This document shows, in pieces, positions 29,870-39,755 of a DNA stretch of 64,000 bases. The stretch comes from a virus. Each line of letters begins with the position of its first letter. The stretch's first letter is position 1. Below the pieces are notes generated by a model. It had not been told where the DNA came from and made no database searches. It worked only from the letters and a program-made list of their open reading frames with translations. The stretch lies in IMG/VR virus record IMGVR_UViG_3300037755_000305, positions 96,001 to 160,000 of that record. The stretch is one strand, 5' to 3'. The position numbers and the translations under genes were made by a program.

Positions 29870-30840
29870 TACTCGTCCTCTCGAAGCTTTTCCCAGAGAC
29901 TCTCTCGGAAACGCGCGTTCTTACCGCGCACTTCTTCGTCAAACATTTCGTCTTCAGACTTGAAAGTGATTTTGGCTAATGCTTTAATTCTATCTCGTGC
30001 AGCTTCCAGATCAGCTCTCGTTACTCCTCCCTCAACAGAGCTTTGTACTCTGGGATTGGGAGAAATAGACTTTTCATTTCTGGAATCTAACCCTTCAACA
30101 TGCGGTCCGCCATTTTCGTTATAGAAGTTTTCATCAGGGAAACCAAAATCATCTCTCTGCTCACTAAGCAGGTTTCTTACGTAATCTTCTGCCTGCTCGG
30201 GAATAGCTGTTCGCATAAGCTCAGAAGCATTTTGGATGACTCCAACTCTGTGCTCAATGATGCTCCAGTTGATGCTCTTGGCTATGTGTTCAAGATACGT
30301 ACCCTTATCAATTCCGTACTGCTGGGCGTATGCGTGCTCGTGACAGTCAATAACCAGAATAGGCCACAGACCTACCAAACACGGTCCAGCGTCGTTATCC
30401 ATCATAGTAACGTCTAGTTTGCCACCTACAGTGTCCCAACCAACAAGGCACCACCCGCGAGCCGCCTGTGCCGTAGGCTTGACAATATGCGACCAAAAAT
30501 CAGTAGCCTTTACGTGCGGGAACTGGGATTGTACCAAAGAAGTAAATTGCGAACCGGCAGGCATTGGAGCACTCTTAGGCGGCAATATAATGTTCTCGAA
30601 GAACAGCTCGTGTAGCATGACAGAGTTCGATAGGGATGTCTTATCGTTTTCTATGTCCCGCCATTCTCCAGAAGTGTTGGATGCTGACCTAAGTCTCTCG
30701 GGATCATACGGATTAGAGAGCTTGCCCATAGTGTCGTTCAATTTATTCACGGACATCTCGTAAAGTTTCCAATGGTCCTCGAACATCTTGGTAGACAACT
30801 CGGGAGCGAGATTAGCGAATCTGTAATGTTTCGGCTGCAT
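29869..30840 (-). CDS. Fe/Mn superoxide dismutase-like protein with acidic C-terminal extension
   Basis: metal ligands DHWKLY, LHELFF and IDCHEHAY; GW..V.WD; INW..I.HR at the end of the fold. Confidence 0.8.
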   Translation of the reverse strand: MQPKHYRFANLAPELSTKMFEDHWKLYEMSVNKLNDTMGKLSNPYDPERLRSASNTSGEWRDIENDKTSLSNSVMLHELFFENIILPPKSAPMPAGSQFTSLVQSQFPHVKATDFWSHIVKPTAQAARGWCLVGWDTVGGKLDVTMMDNDAGPCLVGLWPILVIDCHEHAYAQQYGIDKGTYLEHIAKSINWSIIEHRVGVIQNASELMRTAIPEQAEDYVRNLLSEQRDDFGFPDENFYNENGGPHVEGLDSRNEKSISPNPRVQSSVEGGVTRADLEAARDRIKALAKITFKSEDEMFDEEVRGKNARFRESLWEKLREDE

Positions 30841-30841
30841 G

Positions 30842-33800
30842 CTATATCCCCGTTATGGCTGAGGGGGAGAACGGGCTAACGTCCTTTCCTGCCTTCGATA
30901 GAAGACTCTCTTTTTCGTCAGTAGAGAACTCTGGTGACATCATCTTGGCCAACGTCTCAAATTCTGCGTGTACGGCCTTCTTTTTCTTGCTGCTTTCCGT
31001 TTCTGTTCCAATCTTGAACAGGTGCTCAGAGATGGACTCATAGGTGGATTCCTCCATTGGGAGGACAGTAGAAACGCCAAGCCGTCTTAGAAGATAAGCC
31101 ATAAGCTCTGTCTTCACTGGGTTTCCATCTACCATACCGCTGATAGTGCGTAAGGTTTCTCCGGGACTACTGAGTTTGGAAAGGTTGCGCTTGTTCTCAA
31201 CAAAATGCTCGATAATATCTAGAGCTTCGTCGGAAGAAAGGCTCAAGAACCTATTATTTCGATCCCAGACAGGGATTGCTCGAAGCCCCAAGCTGGACAT
31301 GACTTCCTGCTCTAGGGCTTGATCGCCTGTGAATTGCTTGCGCCACTCTGCTATACGGGTGCGATATCGAGAATCTTCTCCCAGCTCTTCCATCATCTCT
31401 TCGAGATTCAGACCGGCACCAGAGGCCCATTGCTTCAAGGTGACGGGAACGCCTGCTTCGTCAACGGATTGAAGCATCTCTAGGAAGTTCATGTCGCCTT
31501 CAGGTTGTAGCTTCTTATCCCATACGATCTTTGGCATCAAGAGATCTTCTCTGGGAATCTCGTGCGCTTGTTTCCAATTTACCGTGTTGCCTCTGCGAGG
31601 TCCTCTGCCGTGGCTCCTGGAACCGGGCTTGGTGAAACCGTGTACTCTGGCAATAGTGGCGAAGATCTTCTCGTAAAAAACTCTTCGGTCCATATAAGCT
31701 CTCAGGGTCCGCAAGGACTCCATGAACACTGAGAGCGCTGTTTCCATGTTGTTATACGTATTGGAAACCATGATGGAATTAGCCGCAAAAAGGTGCTCGG
31801 AGCCATCTTCCAAAGTCAAGCAATAAGTGTTTTTCTCTCCAACATCTTCGATACTTTCTACAGGGGTAAAGAAATACCGATTACTAATCAGGTCCGCGCA
31901 AAAAGCAGAACGATCTTCACAGATTTCCAAATCCTCATAAGAAACGGCAGAGTAATTGAACTTCTTTCGAGTAGTGGTTTTGTATATCCCAGAAACGTAT
32001 TCACAAGGCGCCCCAAAACCAGAAACCGCGCCAGAAGACATTTCAGATGCTATGGACACTTTAGGAAGCTCACGGAAGCGATCTGGAATCAACGATACCA
32101 GTTCGTTGGTGTCTCTCGGACCCAAAACAAGTCTGTAGCAATTCTCGCCATGGGGCTGAATAACGCCAAAAGCAATACCGTTAGAGGCGAGGATAGAGTT
32201 CATCTGTAACACGAGTTTATGGCTTGACGAGATAAACTGGACAGACTTTCTGGATAGGTTTACATTTCCATCCCCCTCCAAGAACCCAGCGACGAACGCC
32301 ATCTGTGAACTTGGGTCTGCTTGTAGCACAGACCACGGAACTATTTTGTGATAGGAGGCGCTCTTACCGTTCAGCTTCCCGCCTGAGTAGCAACCAAGCT
32401 CAGTTAGCCACTCTACGAGAGTTTTGCTGCACACTATAGAGTCGTAGCACTTCTTAGTAGGGGCAAAACATGTATCATACTTACCGGAGGTAAGATAAAT
32501 CTTAGTTCCCAAACCAAAAACACTATACATGAGGCTGTCATAGACCGATAGCAGTTCAGTATTACTATTGGAGAATCTTACTTGACTTGCCTTTGGGAGG
32601 ATAGAGCCCTCGCTAACAACAAGACCCAACAAGAACGCCAGCTCTGGGGTCATTGTCTCAGGCTTCTTTACAACTTTTCTTTGACCGCCGTGAGAAACAT
32701 TGACGGGGTTGGATAGCTTTAGGGTTAGTTCTACACTTCTTGTGTAAGGCTTAGTGGTAGAGCACAAGAGGTCGCCAACACTCAAAGAGTCAGCTCGAAC
32801 CATTTCAAAAGCCCCATCCCTAAGAACCCACATTGGATGATTACCAGTAACTTCTACACTATTTCCAATGGCGTTAGTCACTCTCAAAACAGGCTTTACA
32901 CCGTTATCAAGCCACTTAACGACCTTAGATGGCCCGTTGTGAGAACTTACACTAAGCCCGTCTATCTCCCTCCAGGTCCCCCAGCGATCTTCAGTTTCGT
33001 TTGTTCCAACATCGCCGATTTTCTCAATCTCGATTAGACCTTTGTCCGTCTGAACAAGCGTGTCTCCAGAAACACAGGCATCACCGGAAAGGAAGGCGTC
33101 TGAAATTCCAAGGGCCCTCATTTTTCCTTCCGTGAGGAAGGCCCATTCATCAGAAAGCTTCCAGAAATCTGCTCCCGCTTTTACTTCATTGGTCTCAACA
33201 CCAGTTCGAGTTGTAACAACAGCACCTACAGGATCTTCATCCGCCTGAATGAATAGACCTGAGATAGCTTCCAATTCGTCTTCTGTTGGCTCCCAAAGGT
33301 TGTCCAGACCGGCTGTGATGTGCAGAATAGAGCGAGTGCGCCTTCTCGCGTTGGTTACCGTACTTTCTATTAGAGACTTCTCCAGAGCCCAGAAGCTAAC
33401 AATGCGTGTAAGGAATGAAGTTCCAACGTAATCATAGGGGTTAGCCCGACGAGGTACGAACAGAGTGTTCAATGGATTCAGTTTATACGTTCCGGTCTTC
33501 TCAAACTCATCGAAGAACTCGGGAGGTAGGCTGTCTCGAACGTTAACGTCTCTCGGGTCCATAGAATGCAAGAAGTTCTTCAGAGCAGGAGACGCCACAA
33601 GGTCAATCTTAGGATCGAATCCACGAACCGGAATAGGCTCTATGCGCAGGAAGTCTGGATCGTGAGTTGTCCAGTCTGTGAAAACGCCAGAACGACGATC
33701 GAAAATCAAAGATGAGCAGAAACGCCCAATCATCAGGAACTCTCGAACCAACTCCGGCATCATCGTAACGATGTCGAGCCGCTCCATGGTATCCTTGTAT

Positions 33801-34216
33801 ACCTGCATGATGGCAGGGTCGTCAATACCCGTCAAACGGCATTCGGAATAAGGCAGATTGGAATATAGATCTACTGCCGGACCGACAATGGCGTCCCGTA
33901 GATAGATTAGACGCCACAATTGGTTGAGACCTGTTTGGTCTCTGGGCATCCAATCTTCAATTACCGATCCTATCTCAAGACTGTCATGAACAGGGTTAAA
34001 GCGAGAAATATCGTAGTTTCCGCCCCCGTGACCGAAAGAACTGCCACCCCCGCCGCCGCCAGAGCCGCCACCCCCGCCGCCGCCGCCGGGCGAGCCGAAG
34101 CTTCCGCCAATGTTGGCAGTTACCTTAGTTTTGGCAGTGGTCTTGGTCTTACCAATACGCCCCCCGGGGCTACCGTGAGGCGTTCTGGCTCGTCCTTGTC
34201 CAAAGTGAAATTTCAT
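30842..34216 (-). CDS. portal protein containing an intein
   Basis: follows TerL; IYLRDAIVGPAVDL..RRANPYD..GTS exteins, about 685 aa after splicing. Confidence 0.75.
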   Translation of the reverse strand: MKFHFGQGRARTPHGSPGGRIGKTKTTAKTKVTANIGGSFGSPGGGGGGGGSGGGGGGSSFGHGGGNYDISRFNPVHDSLEIGSVIEDWMPRDQTGLNQLWRLIYLRDAIVGPAVDLYSNLPYSECRLTGIDDPAIMQVYKDTMERLDIVTMMPELVREFLMIGRFCSSLIFDRRSGVFTDWTTHDPDFLRIEPIPVRGFDPKIDLVASPALKNFLHSMDPRDVNVRDSLPPEFFDEFEKTGTYKLNPLNTLFVPRRANPYDYVGTSFLTRIVSFWALEKSLIESTVTNARRRTRSILHITAGLDNLWEPTEDELEAISGLFIQADEDPVGAVVTTRTGVETNEVKAGADFWKLSDEWAFLTEGKMRALGISDAFLSGDACVSGDTLVQTDKGLIEIEKIGDVGTNETEDRWGTWREIDGLSVSSHNGPSKVVKWLDNGVKPVLRVTNAIGNSVEVTGNHPMWVLRDGAFEMVRADSLSVGDLLCSTTKPYTRSVELTLKLSNPVNVSHGGQRKVVKKPETMTPELAFLLGLVVSEGSILPKASQVRFSNSNTELLSVYDSLMYSVFGLGTKIYLTSGKYDTCFAPTKKCYDSIVCSKTLVEWLTELGCYSGGKLNGKSASYHKIVPWSVLQADPSSQMAFVAGFLEGDGNVNLSRKSVQFISSSHKLVLQMNSILASNGIAFGVIQPHGENCYRLVLGPRDTNELVSLIPDRFRELPKVSIASEMSSGAVSGFGAPCEYVSGIYKTTTRKKFNYSAVSYEDLEICEDRSAFCADLISNRYFFTPVESIEDVGEKNTYCLTLEDGSEHLFAANSIMVSNTYNNMETALSVFMESLRTLRAYMDRRVFYEKIFATIARVHGFTKPGSRSHGRGPRRGNTVNWKQAHEIPREDLLMPKIVWDKKLQPEGDMNFLEMLQSVDEAGVPVTLKQWASGAGLNLEEMMEELGEDSRYRTRIAEWRKQFTGDQALEQEVMSSLGLRAIPVWDRNNRFLSLSSDEALDIIEHFVENKRNLSKLSSPGETLRTISGMVDGNPVKTELMAYLLRRLGVSTVLPMEESTYESISEHLFKIGTETESSKKKKAVHAEFETLAKMMSPEFSTDEKESLLSKAGKDVSPFSPSAITGI
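31760..33076 (-). mobile_element. intein with LAGLIDADG homing endonuclease (439 aa)
   Basis: A|CVSGDTLV...HLFAANSIMVSN|T splice junctions; LLGLVVSEG and VAGFLEGDG motifs. Confidence 0.9.
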
Positions 34217-34218
34217 GA

Positions 34219-34551
34219 TTACTCAACTGTCGGCATGCAGACGTTGTGGACTGGGCAAAAGAACGCGGGCCTTGCTCCAGCGATGGTTACAGGGGTCATA
34301 TGGGCGTAGCAGATAGGACATTCATCCACGCGAGACGGATACTCTACTGGGCGAATGAGAGCGTTGTTTGCCTTTACCACATTAGCTTCTCCTCGCCGAA
34401 TTCCCGCCAAAACAGCCTCTACTTTCTTCTCGGAATCAGCACCAGCAACCTGCGCAGTGGTGCGCAATTTTCGAGTCTGCTCCAAAGAAAGCTTTAGTCT
34501 TTGCGCCACTCTGGATACGATATCGTCCATGGAAAGCCCCCTAACGGCCAC
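34219..34551 (-). CDS. small zinc-finger protein
   Basis: CPIC...CPVH..C. Confidence 0.65.
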   Translation of the reverse strand: MAVRGLSMDDIVSRVAQRLKLSLEQTRKLRTTAQVAGADSEKKVEAVLAGIRRGEANVVKANNALIRPVEYPSRVDECPICYAHMTPVTIAGARPAFFCPVHNVCMPTVE

Positions 34552-36535
34552 GAAAGCCGCGCTTAGTCGCTAAATTAGCGCCAGATGTTTTTTTTCTCGG
34601 GTCAATTCCGCTAGACCCTCTGCTCTTACTAGAGATAACCCCCAGGTTGCCGCCTGCGCCGCCCGCTGCCTCTATAGAATAGATCCTTTTCAGCTCTGGT
34701 CTGGCGATATGGTACATTCCCAAAGCCAGTGCGCGGAACATGTCATCTTCGCCATTTAGCGGTTTTGTCACTCTTCGTCCAACCTGTCGTACAGTCAGCA
34801 TTTGTAAGATCAGTCCAAGAATTGGCTTGCCGTCCACAAATTCTATAGGGTTCTCGTAAGTCATTCGCAAATCTTCTACGGGTAACTCTGGCTTTGGCAG
34901 AATAAGTTCGCCAGAACTCAAACGTGCAGCGATCTCTACCAAATCCATAAATTTCAGTGTATACTGCTCAGACATGACTTTGTATTGTCGAAGCTTTTGA
35001 ACCAAGTCTGTACTATTCCATGTGTCCGAGAACATGTGCTTTATTAATAATCCGCTAACCAGTGGCTTGAAACAATGCTCCCACATTAGAGCGAAGTTAA
35101 TTGGTATACCTTCCTCGGGCGGAACGTCAAATACGTAATCAACTCTCGGGCGATCCATCTTTGCATCCCAGGTCATCAACATAACAGCAAAATGGTTGCG
35201 TTTCTCGCCAGCGTCTACTAACAGCATTCTAGGCTTGCGTTTGTCGATGTGTGGAATCTCTACCTTAGCATACTTAGTCTTGTTTCCAAAATCGTCGATG
35301 TTATATTCCATCTTGACTCTAATCAGGTTGTGCTTGTGTTCTGGGTTAATCATTAGATCAACACAGTTAGGATTGTCAATGAACGGGTCATTTGCCAAAG
35401 GAGGTACAGCGCCAAAGTCTCTTTCGGCTACCATTTTGCTTTTGTCATACTCTGGTTGTAAGCTTTCACGAGAAATGAAGGGATTAGCTTCCCAGGTAGG
35501 ATAGTGGTAGGCGTAGATCTTCCTGTTGGTTCGTGCAGCTCGCACAGATCGCATAATGCGGTCGTTCTTATCTGAAGGGCTGGATATGTTGCAGGCGTAA
35601 CCATCAGGCAGATTGAATAGACTCCTCTTAGCTCTAAGCGTTTCAACCATGGAACGAACAGTTCGCAAAGAGTTATCCAGAGAAGCGGAAATTTCATCAG
35701 CAGACATAGTTACCGATTGTTTAGCGGCATCTGCCTCCATCCATCCGATCTCGTCAATTGCGGTAAAAAACCTAGTCTTACCACGAAGGCGACGCTTGTT
35801 GGGAGCCTCGTACATGCACGCGATGCGTTTGTGTTTGTACACGAGGAACGTTCTTGGTCTGTGAAGCAGTTCCGTACCAAGACGTTCTCCAGTGTCAGCC
35901 AGTAGCTTGTGGTATTCTACAAACCAGGGTGCCTGATCGACATACTCTTTGAAAGGCGTCCACAAAGAGGCTTCAGCCTGACCGGCAGAAATAGCGGTCA
36001 TGGACATGTATAGCTGGGAAGATGACAATAGACCTAGAGTACGAATAGGATCAGGTATACAAAGATATCGGTGCAGAATGTAGGCTGCAACCATTGCCAC
36101 AACGGCAGACTTTCCAGAGCGCTGTCCGGCGCAGCCTGCCAATTCGTAAGGGTTGTGGAAATATCCCTGTTTAACGAAATCGTTTCGGTTCTTGCCACAC
36201 TTAGGGCACAAGCCAAATTTCAGCAGCTTGACATTCTCTAGGATCTCGCCCATAGGCTGATCGAACAGGTCTAGGTCGCGCTCTTCTCCGTGAACCCAAT
36301 CAGGATTAGAACACTCCGGGCAATACTCCTCGAAGAACGAAAGACCTACTTCGATCTGTCTGGGATACGGCAACACGTTTAGGAACTTCTTGTTGATGCA
36401 GAAATCTAAAAAGTTAGGGGATTTGGCTACGTCACCCTCGTCAATGGTGGAGAAAATACCGGGATCGAGATCGGAAGCCAAAGCTTCTTCAATCATGCTC
36501 GACGGGGACCACTGTTCTGAGACAGCCCTTGCCAT
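34541..36535 (-). CDS. terL: terminase large subunit
   Basis: Walker A GQRSGKS, Walker B AIDEIG, nuclease LLVDAG...DDMF; Zn-finger insert CPEC..CPKC; start placed at ATG 36535. Confidence 0.88.
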   Translation of the reverse strand: MARAVSEQWSPSSMIEEALASDLDPGIFSTIDEGDVAKSPNFLDFCINKKFLNVLPYPRQIEVGLSFFEEYCPECSNPDWVHGEERDLDLFDQPMGEILENVKLLKFGLCPKCGKNRNDFVKQGYFHNPYELAGCAGQRSGKSAVVAMVAAYILHRYLCIPDPIRTLGLLSSSQLYMSMTAISAGQAEASLWTPFKEYVDQAPWFVEYHKLLADTGERLGTELLHRPRTFLVYKHKRIACMYEAPNKRRLRGKTRFFTAIDEIGWMEADAAKQSVTMSADEISASLDNSLRTVRSMVETLRAKRSLFNLPDGYACNISSPSDKNDRIMRSVRAARTNRKIYAYHYPTWEANPFISRESLQPEYDKSKMVAERDFGAVPPLANDPFIDNPNCVDLMINPEHKHNLIRVKMEYNIDDFGNKTKYAKVEIPHIDKRKPRMLLVDAGEKRNHFAVMLMTWDAKMDRPRVDYVFDVPPEEGIPINFALMWEHCFKPLVSGLLIKHMFSDTWNSTDLVQKLRQYKVMSEQYTLKFMDLVEIAARLSSGELILPKPELPVEDLRMTYENPIEFVDGKPILGLILQMLTVRQVGRRVTKPLNGEDDMFRALALGMYHIARPELKRIYSIEAAGGAGGNLGVISSKSRGSSGIDPRKKTSGANLATKRGFRGR

Positions 36536-36536
36536 A

Positions 36537-37166
36537 TTATTTGCTCTTCTTAATCTTGGAGCACAGAAGGTCTTCGAGGCGTCGGCGACCATCGTCGTAA
36601 GCTTCGTCCATTCCGCCTCGAATACCAGACAGCAAGTCGCGCATCTCGTGTGTGACTACACCAGCATTCTCTGCTGGTGTAATTGCCATAAGAGCAGATC
36701 TCTTTCTTTCGGCCTCCGACGTTAGGATCTTGATGAATTCCGCAATCATGGGACGAATTACAGCTTCTTCAACTTCACTCGCCAAATCCATTGGGTCCTG
36801 TCGTTCCTCGATAGACTTCACCAGTTCTCTAGTCATATTCTGCATCTGTGTCAGAGCTGTGGCTGTTCCCTGGCGCGGATTAGCGTGATAGGCTATCTCC
36901 GCCATCTCCGTCGCCCTAAGTGTAATCTGAAGATTTCGCCGAAGGACTTCTTTGAACGGCAAGGAGTTGATAGAAGCATCGTCCGAAACCAGAGATGACA
37001 AATCTACCATTGTAGGAACGACTCGAAGATCCCCGTCAGCGTCTAGAAACGGGTCATCATTACGTTCGTCCCTGTCTTCCTTTTCTCGTCCAGCTTTGGT
37101 AAGATCGTCTAAAAGGGCTTCCGAAGCAGCGTCCTCCGATTTGGACATTCTTTTGGGTCTGGGCAT
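36537..37166 (-). CDS. possible terminase small subunit
   Basis: 209-aa helical protein immediately upstream of TerL (positional evidence only). Confidence 0.4.
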   Translation of the reverse strand: MPRPKRMSKSEDAASEALLDDLTKAGREKEDRDERNDDPFLDADGDLRVVPTMVDLSSLVSDDASINSLPFKEVLRRNLQITLRATEMAEIAYHANPRQGTATALTQMQNMTRELVKSIEERQDPMDLASEVEEAVIRPMIAEFIKILTSEAERKRSALMAITPAENAGVVTHEMRDLLSGIRGGMDEAYDDGRRRLEDLLCSKIKKSK

Positions 37167-37514
37167 TTACAGTATCCTTTGGCCGTCGGAATCTATTACG
37201 TACAGCTCTAGGTTTTCCCCTGACGTAAGAGTGAGACCAACTCGTGTATTGTCGTTCAAAACGAACTCCACACCCTTACCTTTAGCCTTCATGGTAGAAA
37301 TGCTTTTACCCTCAACCAAAATAGACATGTCCGCAATAAGTTCGTTGCGAAGTTGGTCTTCTGTAAGCGGCCTTAGATTTATGTGGGGATGCCATTTACC
37401 ATCTTCCGCCAATTTTACGTCGCGTCCGCCAAGTTCAATAGGCGTTACAATTTTGCCATTAAGGATGGCTTTGCGCCCATTCTTAACGTCCTCAGTCGTC
37501 AAGAAGTAACTCAT
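37167..37514 (-). CDS. hypothetical protein
   Basis: start MSYFLTT after a GAGGAGGAG RBS. Confidence 0.65.
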   Translation of the reverse strand: MSYFLTTEDVKNGRKAILNGKIVTPIELGGRDVKLAEDGKWHPHINLRPLTEDQLRNELIADMSILVEGKSISTMKAKGKGVEFVLNDNTRVGLTLTSGENLELYVIDSDGQRIL

Positions 37515-38064
37515 TTTCGGGCTCCTCCTCTTCAGACACACTGAATTGGTCGTTGAAAAGAGTATGCAACGGGGAATATCCTCGCTGCGTGCTAAGCTGA
37601 CCACTCCAGGGAGACTGTTCCATATTTCGCAAGTCAGCAATGATGGATTTTACAGTTTCTCTTACATGAGAATTCACATTGTACGGATTGATACGAGTAT
37701 CTCGATTACGAATCTCGTTGATCTGGTCGTCGATAGCGCGACGTTGCTCGCTTAGTTTGCGAAACTGCTCGTCCAAATCACGCTTATGTTGCGTCAAGTC
37801 ACCCAGCTCATCCTTCTGCTCTGTGTCTTCTCTACGTTGGCGAGACGGGTCCATGCGTCCACGGTGCATATATGGGGAAATGAACTCACCGCCGGGCTGT
37901 CCTCGCAAAGAGTCATCCTTTTTAGGACGATCTCCTATGCGCTGGTCGCCACGATCTATTCTATCAATTGGAGTCACTTCGTCGGGAGAGTCCAGTTGGG
38001 GAACCCGTTCGATAGGGGTGATCTTTTCCATTCTGGGAGGCTGGGGCAGAGCACGTTTAGGCAT
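37492..38064 (-). CDS. hypothetical charged, disordered protein
   Basis: AGGAG RBS before ATG 38064; central coiled coil. Confidence 0.6.
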   Translation of the reverse strand: MPKRALPQPPRMEKITPIERVPQLDSPDEVTPIDRIDRGDQRIGDRPKKDDSLRGQPGGEFISPYMHRGRMDPSRQRREDTEQKDELGDLTQHKRDLDEQFRKLSEQRRAIDDQINEIRNRDTRINPYNVNSHVRETVKSIIADLRNMEQSPWSGQLSTQRGYSPLHTLFNDQFSVSEEEEPENELLLDD

Positions 38065-38163
38065 TGTCACTCCTAGGCTGCTTGTTTGTCGCACCTGTAC
38101 ACGAACAGGGCGGGACAAGCAGTGTTCTCCCAGGGATGTTGCCCATCTCGTTTATTGTGCTGA

Positions 38164-38964
38164 TTACCTGAATTTTCCGTTCAGGTCTCTTGCTATCTGC
38201 TGACCGTAGTCCTTGAATCCGTAAGCTTCCTCGAAGTAGTCTCCAAGCTTCTCCTTCAAATTGCTCTCGGTCTGGCTACTCCAGCGAAGAACTTCAGTCA
38301 CCGCCTCGCGAGGTACCGTGAAGGTGCCTCCGTCCTCGGCATTGATCTTGATGCCCTTCTCCTGGATCTGGGTCACCTCGCCCTGTAGGACTGAGCTATT
38401 CCAATAGAAGCGTACCAACGCCCCCTTCTCTACCTGATTAATACCAGCAGAAAGAGCGTTGGCAAGACATACCTTACCGGAATACTGTGAAGTCATTCGG
38501 TTTCGGCGCTCCTGAAGAATCGCTCCTATGTCATCACGCATGACACGAGCAAGATACTTAGTCTGCTCGTCACCCATCACTTCCCAGGTCTCTCCCATGT
38601 CGGAATCAACGTACTGGGTACTCGCGATGGCTGTCATTGAGCCGCTGTCTTCCAGTCGGCGCGTGGGGCGGTAGATCTCAGCTACGAGAGAAACTGCTTC
38701 GATGTCCGCGTGGACCTTGGCAGTTGCCATCTGCGGGACAATTTGTCCTGCAAAGCTCTTGACCATGTACTCCGAAATGTCATTTCCCGTGGGAATGCCA
38801 AATCGTTCTCCAAAGCCAATGAGAATCTGAGCTGTGGTTTGGTTGATGGTTCGGTAATCTCCAAGGTAAAGATCAGCACGGTGGCCTACCTTGCTTTGCA
38901 TCTTACCGCGAAGGCGAGCCAGCATTCGCTGTTCCCGCTGACCCGAGTCGTCGTTGTTAGACAT
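38164..38964 (-). CDS. hypothetical protein, probably virion structural
   Basis: GGGGAG RBS before ATG 38964; C-terminal SH3-like beta segment. Confidence 0.65.
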   Translation of the reverse strand: MSNNDDSGQREQRMLARLRGKMQSKVGHRADLYLGDYRTINQTTAQILIGFGERFGIPTGNDISEYMVKSFAGQIVPQMATAKVHADIEAVSLVAEIYRPTRRLEDSGSMTAIASTQYVDSDMGETWEVMGDEQTKYLARVMRDDIGAILQERRNRMTSQYSGKVCLANALSAGINQVEKGALVRFYWNSSVLQGEVTQIQEKGIKINAEDGGTFTVPREAVTEVLRWSSQTESNLKEKLGDYFEEAYGFKDYGQQIARDLNGKFR

Positions 38965-39023
38965 ACAGTTCTCTCCCCGCAAGTGTGCGTTGGACTCCTA
39001 CATGTAGATAATAAGGTCGTTTA

Positions 39024-39623
39024 TTACTCAAGTTCGCTAATAATTGTGTCGAGTACACCTAAAATTCTAATGGCTGGGTGGGCGAATACCAGTTCGGCTG
39101 GTGCTGAATTTTCTAGGACAGGATTGACCTTCGACAGAAAAGACGGTGCCAAAGTGCCAGCAGTGATTACAAAGTTGTCATCTTCGTTCACGTTTGCTCG
39201 AATTTCGGGAATTTCGTACTTCTCAAAGCCTCCAGTGATACCGACAGTTTCCGTAGAGTTTTCGCGTAGTTGCAGCATTCCGTCCTCTATGACAGATTCC
39301 ACTTCTTCGGTAGGTGTATTGTACAAAAAAGCGATCTCTTCGACCGCTAAACTCTCACTCCCTTGCACGTCTAGATACTCCAGAAGGCAGTTTCGAGACC
39401 ACTCGTTATCAATGTGGTACTTGCATCGGCTTAGATTACAGGGACTTACGACCTGCATTTGCGTAAAAGGACATTCCACACCTGGGCGTCTAATTGTCCC
39501 AGGAGGCGTTTCAATGCCAAAATCAGACAACCGATTTACTGCCTCCTCTCTCTCGTCGGAAGACATTTGTGGCAAATTTCTCAGGATTTCCTCCAATTCA
39601 TAAACCGCTGATTTTCTTGACAT
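39024..39623 (-). CDS. Cys-rich/HTH-like hypothetical protein
   Basis: CPF..C..SRC..C cluster followed by LAVEEIAFLY helix; GGAGG RBS. Confidence 0.6.
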   Translation of the reverse strand: MSRKSAVYELEEILRNLPQMSSDEREEAVNRLSDFGIETPPGTIRRPGVECPFTQMQVVSPCNLSRCKYHIDNEWSRNCLLEYLDVQGSESLAVEEIAFLYNTPTEEVESVIEDGMLQLRENSTETVGITGGFEKYEIPEIRANVNEDDNFVITAGTLAPSFLSKVNPVLENSAPAELVFAHPAIRILGVLDTIISELE

Positions 39624-39755
39624 TATTCCTCCCACATGTGTAACCAAAGACTCCAGCCCTCTGGGGGTTATCTTTAGTATAGCGCCAAGCTTCCACACCG
39701 AGGACAAAATTCCCCGTATCGGTTATCGGCGCATAAATCTAAAACTTGAGACAAA

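Noticed and set aside
30230-30290. INW in the SOD-like protein as another LNW-motif instance
   Set aside because: INW is part of the canonical Fe/Mn-SOD C-terminal helix.
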